A DNA stretch of 64,000 bases from Azolla caroliniana (lineage: Eukaryota > Plantae > Polypodiophyta): positions 15,438,001 through 15,502,000 of the forward strand of contig JBHGNT010000014.1 in the NCBI GenBank assembly GCA_043228905.1, in the 5' to 3' direction. This document shows positions 14,667 through 25,654 of the stretch, one piece after another. The notes under the pieces are model-generated. The model saw only the letters and a program-made list of their open reading frames with translations, ran no database searches and was not told the origin of the DNA. Made by a program: the position numbers and the translations under genes. How positions within the stretch are numbered: the first letter of the stretch is position 1; the number at the start of each line of letters is the position of its first letter.

Positions 14667-15031
14667 TGTCAAGATTCGAACTCTTGACATGACCATGTTA
14701 TAATCAAGTATTATGGGTTAACCAACATATCTAATATACAGTTATGTATATAATTGGTCCTTGTTGTTTTGGCTAGCATCATGTGCATAGTTGCTCCCTT
14801 GTAGTATTTACACTTGGCACATGCATGCGTACGTACATGCTCTATTGTAGATTTACATGCGTGCAACAACTATGCATGCCGTGTAGTATAAATAGTTGAG
14901 TTCACCTAGTTGAGTTCACCATGAAGGAATTCAAGGCGAACAACATCGTCTATGGAGTCTTTCAGTTAATATTATTAATCCATTTGGTTATCTTCTTTCT
15001 TGTCTCTTGAGCTTATGATCTATTCGTGATA
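14667..15031 (+). repeat. 5' LTR of element A
   Basis: Direct repeat of 24952-25302; TGTCA...TGATA; private 14-bp duplication TAGTTGAGTTCACC. Confidence 0.93.
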
Positions 15032-15081
15032 GTTTGTTCACCTTCCCATCCTCATAGTTCTCCCTCTCATTAGCCATAACT

Positions 15082-16113
15082 ATGTCTGACTCAGCTAGTG
15101 ACTTAAGCCAGATAATCGTAGCCTTACAACAACTCCAGCTTGAAAATGAAGCTCTTCGAAATTCTTTACAAGAACTTCAAGTCGGTACCTCCCTATCCTC
15201 ACAACCCCTGAAGCCTAGTCTCCCACCCCAACCTAGCCTAGAGCCCGATCTTCTACCTACATTTGGCCTAGCTTCTTCGCATTTTCTTGAGCCTAAGGTT
15301 AGCCTCCCAGAAAAATTTGATGGAACGATGTCGCGTTTCCGAGGGTTCATCAACCAAATTCAACTTATCATTTGGCTACAACCTCAACGTTATGCAGATG
15401 CTCTTCGACAAGTCGGCCTTGTGGGCATCCTTCTCTCCGGTCCGGCCCAAGCTTGGTTTGCACCATTGGTAGAAACTTTGTCACCTCTATTGGAGGACTT
15501 TCCCGCCATCCTCGCCAAGTTAGAGGCCACATTTGGAGAGATGGACCAACGACGTACAACCCTTAACAAGCTTTATGCACTCGAACAAGGTTCGCTTGCA
15601 GCTTCTCTCTATGCTTCAGAATTTCGACAACTAGCATGCAACGTCAATTGGGATGATCAAGCTTTAGCTAATCACTTTCGGCGGGGCCTTCAAAGCAATG
15701 TCAAGAATATTCTCTTGAACTTTCGGGACCCCACCTCGTTATCCCAAGAGATTTCACAAGCAGTCCCTTGTGACAATCGTCTATTCAAATTTCGCCAAGA
15801 AGAGCGTTGGACTTGGGTTCCACCTCATTCACTTCCATGACATGCCCCAATTGTACAACCCTAGGTATCCCTCCCATCGACTGCGTCACACTCCCCTACT
15901 TTGGCAGATGCTCCCATTCCCATGGAAATTGATCAAGCCCGATTTCGGCCATTGATCGATGCCGAACGACAATTTCAGCGGGCTAATGGCTTGTGCCTAT
16001 ATTGTGGTGCCTCTGGTCATGTCGTTCACCATTGTCCTAGGAGTAATCGCCCACAATTCCATCCAGATAATGGACCCCAACATCCGGGAAACGACATCGT
16101 TCGGTTGAAGTAG
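15082..16113 (+). pseudogene. gag of element A (internal stop at 15838-15840)
   Basis: Retrotrans-gag motifs and CCHC knuckle; ends ...PGNDIVRLK*. Confidence 0.88.
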
Positions 16114-16138
16114 GAGCCATGCAGCTGGACATCTCCCA

Positions 16139-19100
16139 TGACAGGAACTGCACGCTCCCTATGCGCAACACTTGGCCACAACCGAGCTTAGAATCATACA
16201 CAGAAAACGGGAATGAATGCACGACACAAAGGAGAGAAGAGTACACAGGATGTTTAACGTGGAAAACCCTGAGAGGGAAAAACCACGGGAGTCCACAGAC
16301 TCCAAACTATCACTATATCACAATGATTAAAACAGTGAGCTCACGGAGGCAACAACCTCGTGCTCACGATCTTCGCCACAGGCGGCGGTTACAACAGAGG
16401 CAACGACCTCTCTCTCTCTCTCTGTACACAATTACACACACTCTCTTCTTGCACCAACAAGAATGATAACGACTCACACATAGAGTTTGCCCTAAGTCAT
16501 ATTTATACTAAAATGACTTTTCGGCTATTTACAAATATAGCCTCGATGGACTCTCAGAAACATATTTACGAATATGTCCTTTCATCTGGTGAGCACTTCT
16601 CATCGGGCCTTCACCATCCGGCTCTTGCCGGATACTCCTCATCCGGTTCTCACCGGGTCTTCCGTAGTTGGGTACTCCTCTTCCAGTTCTCATCGGGTCT
16701 TCCGTAGCCGGGTACTCCTCTTCCGGTTCTCACTGGGTCTTCCCATATGGAGGGACCTGTTTCCTAACAAACTTCCCCTTCACTCCGGCATGGGGTGTCT
16801 TACTAGTTCGATCCGCTTCCAGCATGCTTCCAGCTTGTCGGGTATAAGTACTTTGGTCAGCATATCTGACCCGTTCTCGGCCGTGTGGATCTTCGTCAGC
16901 GCGAACTCCTGGTCATCTACTCTTTCTCGGATCCAGTGATACCTACACTGGATATGCTTCGTCCGGGAATGGTAGGCCGCATTCTTAGCAAGGTGGATGA
17001 CACTTTGACTATCGCAATAGAGCCGGTATTCATCTTGCCGGATACCAAGCTCTCCGATGAAGTCCTTCATCCATAGTATTTCCTTGCCGGCTTCCACAAT
17101 TGCCATGTACTCCACCTCCGTGGTTGACAACGCAACCGTCTTCTGCAGCCTCGACTGCCACGAAACAACTCCCCCTGCATATGTCATTATATACCCGGAT
17201 GTTGACCAGCTGGTATCCACATCAGCCGACATGTCCGAATCGGTAAAACCGTCAAGTTGAGGTTTTCCGGAGCCGAATCGGAGACACATATTTGAAGTGC
17301 CTTTCAAGTACCGGAGTATCCATTTGACCGCGTTCCAGTGCTCCTTGCCGGGATTGCTCATAAACCGGCTCACCACTCCGACTGCGTATCCTATATCCGG
17401 TCGGTTACACACCATTGCGTACATTAAGCTCCCGACGACAGATGCATATGGAACCTTCATCATATCAACCTTCTCTGATTTCGGGCTTTGCTTACTGGAT
17501 AATCTGTAGTTTGCCGGGAGTGTCGATCTGACCGGTTTCGCTTCCAACATGTTGAACCGCTGAAGCACCTTTGTTACGTACTTCTCCTGTGACAGCCACA
17601 ATTGCTTCATTGGCCGGTTCTGGATGATATGCATCCCCAACATCTGTCTTGACGGACCCAAGTCTTTCATTGAGAAGGTCTGGTTGAGGGCCTTCTTCAG
17701 CATCCGTATTTTGGCTTGGTCCCGTCCAACGATCAACATGTTGTCCACGTACAGGAGGAGTATCATGAAGTCGCCTCCTTTGAACTTCTTCACAAACACG
17801 CAGTGATTGGCTTGCGTCTTGTGGTACCCTTGATCGGTCATGAAGGAGTCGAACTTCCAGTACCATTGCCGAGGGGCATGCTTCAACCTGTAGAGGCTCT
17901 TCTTCAACCGGCAAACCAGGTGCTCCTTCCCTTTCTTCACGAAACCTTCCGGTTGCTGCATGTAAATCTCCTCTTCGAGGTCACCGTGAAGGAATGCCGT
18001 CTTCACGTACAGCTGCTCTACCTCGAGGTCCATGCTTGCCGCTATACTCAACACCGTCCGGATGGAGGTCATCTTTAGTACCGAGGCAAATATCTCGTCG
18101 AAGTCCACGCCCTTCTTCTACTGGAACCCCTTCACCACGATCCTGGCTTTGTATCTCGGGGGGTTGCCGGCATCTCCCGGTTTCAACTTGTACACCCACT
18201 TGTTTCGGAGTGCCCGCTTTCCTTTTGGCAACTCCACCAATTCGTACGTATGGTTCTCATGCAGGGAATCCATCTCATCATGCATGGCACTTAACCATTT
18301 GCGACCGTGGGTGTTATCCTTCGCTTCTTCGAAGCTTTCTGGCTCCCCCTCATCGGTTAGCAGCACATGCTCTGCATCCAGAAATCTCCGGGGGGCCCTT
18401 CTCTCTCTGAGAGGATATCTTCGTCTTTGGGCTTCGGTAACCGGCTCCTCCATTTGCTCTTCATCCAAATCCGATTCGGGGTCTTGGCCGGTTCTGGTTT
18501 CAAATTCCTCTACTTCTTCTTCTGCCGGTTCGGTATCCTCACTGTAACCGGTTGGTTCCTTGAGTGCTAACCGGCCTCTTGCCGGTTGGGTCTGCTCATC
18601 GTAGAATCGATCCCTACCGGTCGACTCGGAGTTCATTATCTTCTTCTCCGACTCCCAGTCGGCGAGCATCTTGTCCTCCATGAAGATAATATCTCGACTC
18701 CGGAATACCTTCTTGTCGACCGGGTTCCACACTCGGTAGTCGAACTCATCGTCGCCGTAACCAAGGAATATGCATGGCCGGGTCTTTGGATCTAACTTTC
18801 CTCTCTGGTCCTTAGCTACATGCACGTATGCGAGACACCCGAACACCTTCAGATGCCAGTAGGACACTTCCTTACCGGTCCACACGTTCTGCGGCGTGTC
18901 TCCATCCAAGGGCACTGAGGGTGATATGTTTATCACATACGTCGTTGTCGACAACGCCTCAGCCCAAAACGTCTTGGGTAATTTTGCATGTGCCAACATA
19001 CTCTGGACCCTCTCCATTATGGTCCGGTTCATCCTCTCAGCCAGCCCGTTTAGTTCCGGCGTCTTCGGCACAGTAAATTCAAGCCGAATTCCCTTCGAGC

Positions 19101-21484
19101 GGTAGTACTCCTTGAACTGCCCCTGGTATTCTCCTCCGTTATCTGCTCGAACCGCCTTCAGCTTCCGGCGGGTTTCTCTTTCCACTCTCGCGTGGAGCTC
19201 TTTGAAGACGGATAGCACCTGATCCTTCGTCTTCAACGGTGTGGCCCACAGCTTCCGGCTGTGGTCATCTATGAATGTCACGAAGTAATGCGATCCTGCA
19301 TGTGACTTCGTGTCTACTTGACACATATCAGTATGCACCAGCTCTAGTGGTGCATTACGTCTCATCGGTGGCCTTGGTCGGAAGGAGGTCCGGTTTTGCT
19401 TACCGGCCAGACAATTAGTGCACTTCTCCAAGTGCACATTCTTCACTGGAATGAGGTTGTCGTCTGCAAGCCTCTTCATCCCCTTCTCGCTCATGTGACA
19501 CAACCTCTTGTGCCACAGCTCACCGGCAGTGTCGGATGCCACGTTCACTTCTTCCGGACATAACCGGGCATTCATCAGGTACAATGTGTTTACCTTCCGG
19601 GCCCGAGCCACAATCAGGCTCCTTTTACTGAACTTCATAACACCGTTCCAGATGCTACCCGTGTAGCCTTCACCATCTAGCCGACCGACTGATATCAGGT
19701 TCAGACGAACCTCCGGAACGTGTCAGACATCCTTCAGCAGCAGCTTGCATCTGGTTGGTGTTGTCAACCACACGTCTCCTATGCCGAGAATTCGGCATGT
19801 ACCTTCATTCCCCATCCGAACACAACCGTGATCACCGGCTGAGTAGGATGAGAAGCATTTTCGGTCCGGGATAAGGTGGAACGACGCTTCGGAGTCGACC
19901 ACCCAGGTCATCTCGTCGCCGGCAAGGTTTAGCTCACTCTCCTCGGTGATGAGCATCAACTCTTCTTCAATTGCCGCGATTGCCGTCGTTCCCTTCCGGT
20001 CCAGCCCCCTCCGATCTTTACCGTTCCGGTCCGGTGTCCGCTTCGAATCGGTATCGTCGGTTTCCTTGTCTTTTCGGAAATGCCGACAGTTCTTCTGGAA
20101 GTGTCCCGGCTTGCCGCAATAGAAGCAAGTAGGCCTCCCCCTTGACTTTGACCATGTCCCCGACTTTTCCCGGTTCTGGGGACTAGGGTTTCTTTGTCTT
20201 CTGCGTTCCGATTCGGTAAGGAGCGCTTTGGAATCGGAGCTTGTATCCTTATCTTTCCGACGCGCCTCCTCATCTAGCAAGCTCGACTTCACTCTTGCTA
20301 TGGATAACCGTTTCCCTTCCGGCCCGGTGTTGCCCAAAGTGATAACCAACGTCTCCCAGCTATCCGGGAGGGAACCGAGCAGGAGTAGCGCTAGTACCTC
20401 ATCGGCAAGAGGTACTTCCAATGATGTTGCCTGGTGGATCAGCCCCTGGAAGGCATTCATGTGCGCCGCCATGCTGGAGCCATCTTGGTACCAGAGTCTT
20501 ACTAGCTTTCGGAATACCGAAACCTGATTAACAACATTTTTGTTTTGAAACATAATGCCGATCTTCTCGCAAAGCTCATGAGCGTTGCTCTCTTCATTGA
20601 AGTTGTTGTATAGGCTCATGTCGATGAAGCACCGTATGTACGCCGTTGTCTTCATGTGCATCACCTCCCATATCGCGGCGTCGATCTTGTCCGGTCTCTT
20701 GTCCCCGAACTGAACCGGCAACCAAAGATCTTTAACCACGAGCATGTCCCTCATCTTCGACTTCCACACCGAATAGTTGGGGCCGGTGAGCTTGAACATA
20801 CCTCCCAACGAATCGTCCATTTTCTGTGTCGTTTCGCTCTGATACCACTTGACAGGAACTGCACGCTCCCTATGCGCAACACTCGGCCACAACCGAGCTT
20901 AGAATCATACACAGAAAACAGGAATGAATGCACGACACAAAGGAGAGAAGAGTACACAGGGCGTTTAACGTGGAAAACCCTGAGAGGGAAAAACCACGGG
21001 AGTCCACAGACTCCAAACTATCACTATATCACAATGATTAAAACAGTGAGCTCACAGAGGCAACGACCTCATGCTCACGATCTTCGCCACAGGCGGCGGT
21101 TACAACAGAGGCAACGACCTCTTTCTCTCTCTCTCTCTGTACACAATTACACACTCTCTCTTCTTGCACCAACAAGAATGATAACGACTCACACATAGAG
21201 TTTGCCCTAAGTCATATTTATACTAAAATGACTTTTCGGCTATTTACAAATATAGCCTCGATGGACTCTCAGAAACATATTTACGAATATGTCCCTTCAT
21301 CCGGTGAGCACTTCTCACCGGGCCTTCACCATCCGGCTCTTGCCGGATACTCCTCATCCGGTTCTCACTGGGTCTTCCGTAGTTGGGAACTCCTCTTCCG
21401 GTTCTCACCGGGTCTTCCGTAGCCGGGTACTCCTCTTCCGGTTCTCACCGGGTCTTCCCATCCAGAGGAACCTGTTTCCTAACA
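16139..21484 (-). mobile_element. Near-intact Ty1/copia element B (Tnt1-like) inserted at the gag/pol junction of element A
   Basis: LTRs 16139-16769 and 20850-21484 (TG...CA); TSD TCCCA/TCCCG; tRNA-iMet PBS TGGTATCAGAGC at 20847-20836; PPT GGAGTGAAGGGGAAG. Confidence 0.97.
16780..20820 (-). pseudogene. Copia gag-pol polyprotein, one frame, two premature stops
   Basis: ORFs 19723-20892, 18118-19638 and 16780-18108 are in the same frame. CCHC CFYCGKPGHFQKNC, WVVDSEAS, LWHKRLCH, RADNGGEY, LLYVDNML, HSRTKHI. Stops TGA (19723) and TAG (18118) fit CGA/CAG deamination. Confidence 0.93.
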
Positions 21485-24400
21485 TCCCGTCACCCACATT
21501 CTCTTGGTTCCATTACCGGATCGTCAGACAATTTCACATTGGAGGTATGGTTTTCGTTTAACTCTAGTTCCATTCAGTTTGTTGCTTTACTTGATTCTGG
21601 GGCATCTTCTTGCTTCATTGACATCACGTTCGCCCAAGCACATGGCGTACCTGTCATTTGCCTCTCAAAACCCATTCCCGTTGAAGCCATCGACGGGCGC
21701 GTCCTCTCGTCAAGTGCAATTAGTCAAGCTACGATCCCATTAGGGCTTCGTGTGGGGTCACACCAGGAGGAGCTCACCTTTTACCTCATTGCATCTCCTC
21801 GACATCTGATCGTCTTAGGACTAATGTGGTTGGAGGCGCACAATCCAATAGTGGATTGGTGCAACCGCTCAATCACATTTAGCGAGCCAAGATGCTCGCG
21901 AAAAACTATGAAGGTCAATTAAGTTTCCCATCCTTCGGAGAAGGTCGATTCCGACTCGGCCACCCCACCATCGGTCCAGGATGGGGTTGTTTGTGGCACC
22001 GTTTCTAACACACTCCATGTTATTACTGACAAATACCAACACTTCTTCGACGTATTTGAAAAATGTAATGCTCATTGTTTGCCCGAACACCGGTTGTACA
22101 ACTATCCGATTGATCTTCAAGAAGGTGTGTGTCCACCCTTTGGTCCTCTATATGCGTTGTTTGCACTAGAGTTGAAGGCCCTTCATGTGTATCTCGATAA
22201 GAACCTCGAGAAAGGATTTATTCAACCTTCTAAGTCGTCGATCGGGGCCCCCATTTTATTCGTGAAGAAGAAGGACGACTCTCTACGCTTATGCGTCGAC
22301 TACCGAGGTCTCAACAAACTCACTGTGTGCAATCACTATCCGCTACCTTTGATCCCCAAACTCCTTGATTGACTCCGAGTTGCGCGTGTCTTCTCCAAAG
22401 TTGATCTGCGTGGAGCGTGCAATCTAGTATGCATCAAGCCGGGGGATGAATGGAAAACCGCATTCCGAACACGGTATGGGTATTTCAAATACAAGATAAT
22501 GCCTTTTGGTCTTACTAACGCCGCAACAGTTTTTCAACATATGATGAACGATATATTCTGGGAATATCTCAATCATTTTGTTGTCATTTACCTTGATGAT
22601 ATTCTCATTTTCTCGCCAAACATGGAGGAGCACACTTGCCAAGTAGATTAGTTCTTGCCAAACTTCGCGAGCATGGCCTTTAGTTTGACCGTACCTTGAT
22701 CGAATTTCCGGGCTACATCATCTCGCCCACTGGCATCACCATGCATATGAAGAAGGTCTCTGTCATTCGGGTGTGGGTGACTCCAAGGCAACTTAAAGAT
22801 GTGCAATCCTTCCTCGGCTTCACGAATTTTTACCGTCGCTTCATCAAGGGGTTTTCCACCCTAGCACAACCTCTTATCGCCCTCACCCATAAAGGTATTC
22901 CTTTTTTATGGACCTCAGAGGCACAAAATGTGTTCGACTCACTCAAACATGCATTCATCATTGCCCTAGTGCTGCTACATGCCGACCCCACAAAACCCTT
23001 CCAAGTCAAAACTGATGCCTCTGACTTCGCCATTGGTGCCATCTTATCCCTTGCAGATGACACCAACCTAATGTACCTAGTGGCTTACTACTCCCGGAAA
23101 TTCACGGCCCCTGAAATCAATTATCCCATATATGACAAGGAGCTTGCTGCTATCATTGCTGCCTTTGAAGAATGGTGACCCTACTTGGCCGGCACACAAC
23201 ATCGTGTCCAAGTAGTGACTGATCATAAAAATTTAGTTTATTTTTCCACCGCTCGTACTTTGAATCGAAGGTAGGCCCGTTGGTCGACATTTCTCACTGA
23301 CTACGATTTTGAGATCGTATTTCAACCTGGTGGCCAACATGGGAAGGTCGATGCCCTTTCTCGTCGAGTTGATCTTGCACTCCGCCTTGGGGATGCTACT
23401 TATACTCAACAATCTAGACGTTTGCTGAAACCTGACCAATTGCATCTTTTTGCCACTTGTATGTTGTAGGAGGATTCATTACTCCAACAGATCACTGATG
23501 CATCCACGACCGATGCATTCGCTAACGTGATTCGAGATAGTTTGCAAAACCCCTCCAAGGTGACCAAAAGGAAGGATCTTGACACCTTCACCATACAAGA
23601 GGGTTTGCTATTCTGAGATCATCTCTTATACGTCCCAGAGGGCCCATATCGCACCCGAGTGTTGAAGGAATGCCACGATGACCCACTTGCAAGTCATTTC
23701 GGGGTCACATTAACCCTCGAGCTAATCTCTCGGGGGTATTGGTGGCCACAACCATGGAAGTTGGTCAAAGAATACATCAAGAGTTGTGAGGTTTGTGCTC
23801 GCTCCAAAGCCACTCATCATCGGCCATACGGCTTACTCCAGTCACTTCCATGCCCTTGTTGTCCCTGGGCCTCTCTATGGACCTAATAACTAATCTACCC
23901 TTGGTCAATAGCTATGACTTGGTGTTGGTCATTGTCGATCGGCTTACGAAGATGGCTCACTTCACTCCATGCCCCAAAACCATTTCCAGACAAGGAATGG
24001 TGCATCTACTACTAAACAATGTGGTACGCTTGCATGGACTCCCCGATGATGTCATCTTCGATTGCGGACCCCAATTTGTCTCTCACTTTTGGCAGTGCCT
24101 GCTACAAACTTTAGGCATTTCTGTCAAGTTGTCCTGTGCGTATCACCCCCAAACTGACGGGCAGACAGAGCGTCAACCAAATCCTTGAGTAGTATCTTCG
24201 GTGCTCGGTTAGTTACCAACAAGATGATTGAGTCAACTTACTTTCGCTCGCGGAATTCTCCTACAATAATTCTCTCCATGCATCGACTGGCGTCACTCCC
24301 TTCTTTGCAAACTATGGTTTACATCCTCGCTTTAACATTTCCCTTCCTACCACTTTTGTGAACCCTTCGGCGGAGGATCGCACATGCGTTTTAGAAGAGC

Positions 24401-24950
24401 TACATCATGATTTATCCTTGGGGCTTAGTCTCGCTAGTGAACGATACAAGAAGCAGGCTGATCACCATTGATTTGCCACTCCACACTTAGTCGTTGGAGA
24501 CATGGTCTGGTTGTTACGCCGACACATCTCTACTACTCGTCCATGTGTGAAACTTGATTACAAGAAGTTGGGCATTCCGTATCATCGAGTGCATCAATCT
24601 CGTCGCCTTCCGGCTCGCCCTTCCATCCCACTTCCGGATTCACGATGTTTTTCATGTCTCCTTCTTCGAACCCCATTATGCTTCGCAACTCCTAGGACAT
24701 CAAGCCCCACCACCACCACCTGTGCAATTGACGACAGGGGAGGAATACGAGGTCGACCAAATCCTTGACTCGTGTTGGCACCGTCGACACTTGCAATACC
24801 TTGTATTGTGGAGGGGTTACCCCATGTCTAACGCCATGTGGGAACCATCAGAAAATTTACAAAATGCCCCAAAGGTGGTCCAAGATTTTCATCACCGATA
24901 TCCTCACAAACAGGTGGCCGATTTGGGAAGGCAATGTAGGATGGGGGATA
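21485..24950 (+). pseudogene. pol of element A (PR-RT-RH-IN-chromodomain), multiple stops and frameshifts
   Basis: Domain motifs in ORF fragments 21383-21922, 22079-22372, 22696-23178, 23659-24188 and 24554-24988. Confidence 0.9.
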
Positions 24951-24951
24951 A

Positions 24952-25302
24952 TGTCAAGATTCAAACGCTTGACATGGCCATGTTATAATCAAGTATTATG
25001 GGTTAACCAACATATCTAGTATACAATTATGTATACAATTGGTTCTTGTTGTTTTGGCTAGCATCATGTGCATAGTTGCTCCCTTGTAGTATTTGCACTT
25101 GGCACATGCATGCGTACCTACATGCTCTATTGTAGATTCACATGCGTGCAACAAGTATGCATGTCGTGTAGTATCAATAGTTGAGTTCACCTTGAAAGAA
25201 TTCAAGGTGAACAACACCAGTTATGGAGTCTTTCAGTTAATACTATTAATCCATTTGGTTATCTTCTTTCTTGTTTCTTGAGCTTATGATCTATCCGTGA
25301 CA
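24952..25302 (+). repeat. 3' LTR of element A
   Basis: TGTCA...TGACA, preceded by PPT. Confidence 0.93.
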
Positions 25303-25654
25303 GTCTAACCATTGATATGTCGTCAACATATAGCAAGAGAATCAAGAAATCACCTTCATCATACCTTTTGATAAACACATAATGATCAACTTGTGTTTTA
25401 TGGAACCCATGTTCCAGCATGAAGAATTCGAACTTCTTGTACCATTGGTGTGGAGCTTGTTTCAGACCATACAAGCTTTTCCTCAGTCGACACACCATCT
25501 TCTCTTTTCCTCTCTCCACAAAGCCTTCAGGATGTTGCATATAGATCTCTTCATCTAATTCCCCATGCAAGAATGTTGTCTTGACATCCAATTGCTTTAT
25601 TTCTAGATTCATACTAGCAGCAATACCCAACATTGTTCGAATGGATGTCATCTT
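25303..25654 (-). mobile_element. Decayed Ty1/copia RT fragment, right part (continuation of 13833-14666)
   Basis: KMTSIRTMLG, QLDVKTTFLHGELDEEIYM, LYGLKQAP, LLYVDD. Confidence 0.9.

Larger units (their letters stand above)
14667..25302 (+). mobile_element. Full-length chromodomain Ty3/gypsy element A (Tcn1/sushi-like), decayed, with nested copia
   Basis: LTRs 14667-15031 and 24952-25302; TSD GTCTG/GTCTA; PPT GGATGGGGGATAA. Gag EPKVSLPEKFDG, PMEID, CLYCGASGHVVHHC; PR LLDSGASSCFID; RT; RH TDASDFAIGAIL; IN HPQTDGQTER; chromodomain EEYEVDQILD...YLVLWRGY...WEP. Confidence 0.95.

Noticed and set aside
16119-16939. ORFs within copia LTRs (also 20656-21561, 31576-31953, 41398-41622)
   Set aside because: They lie inside LTRs, have no domain motifs, and are repeated only because the LTRs are.
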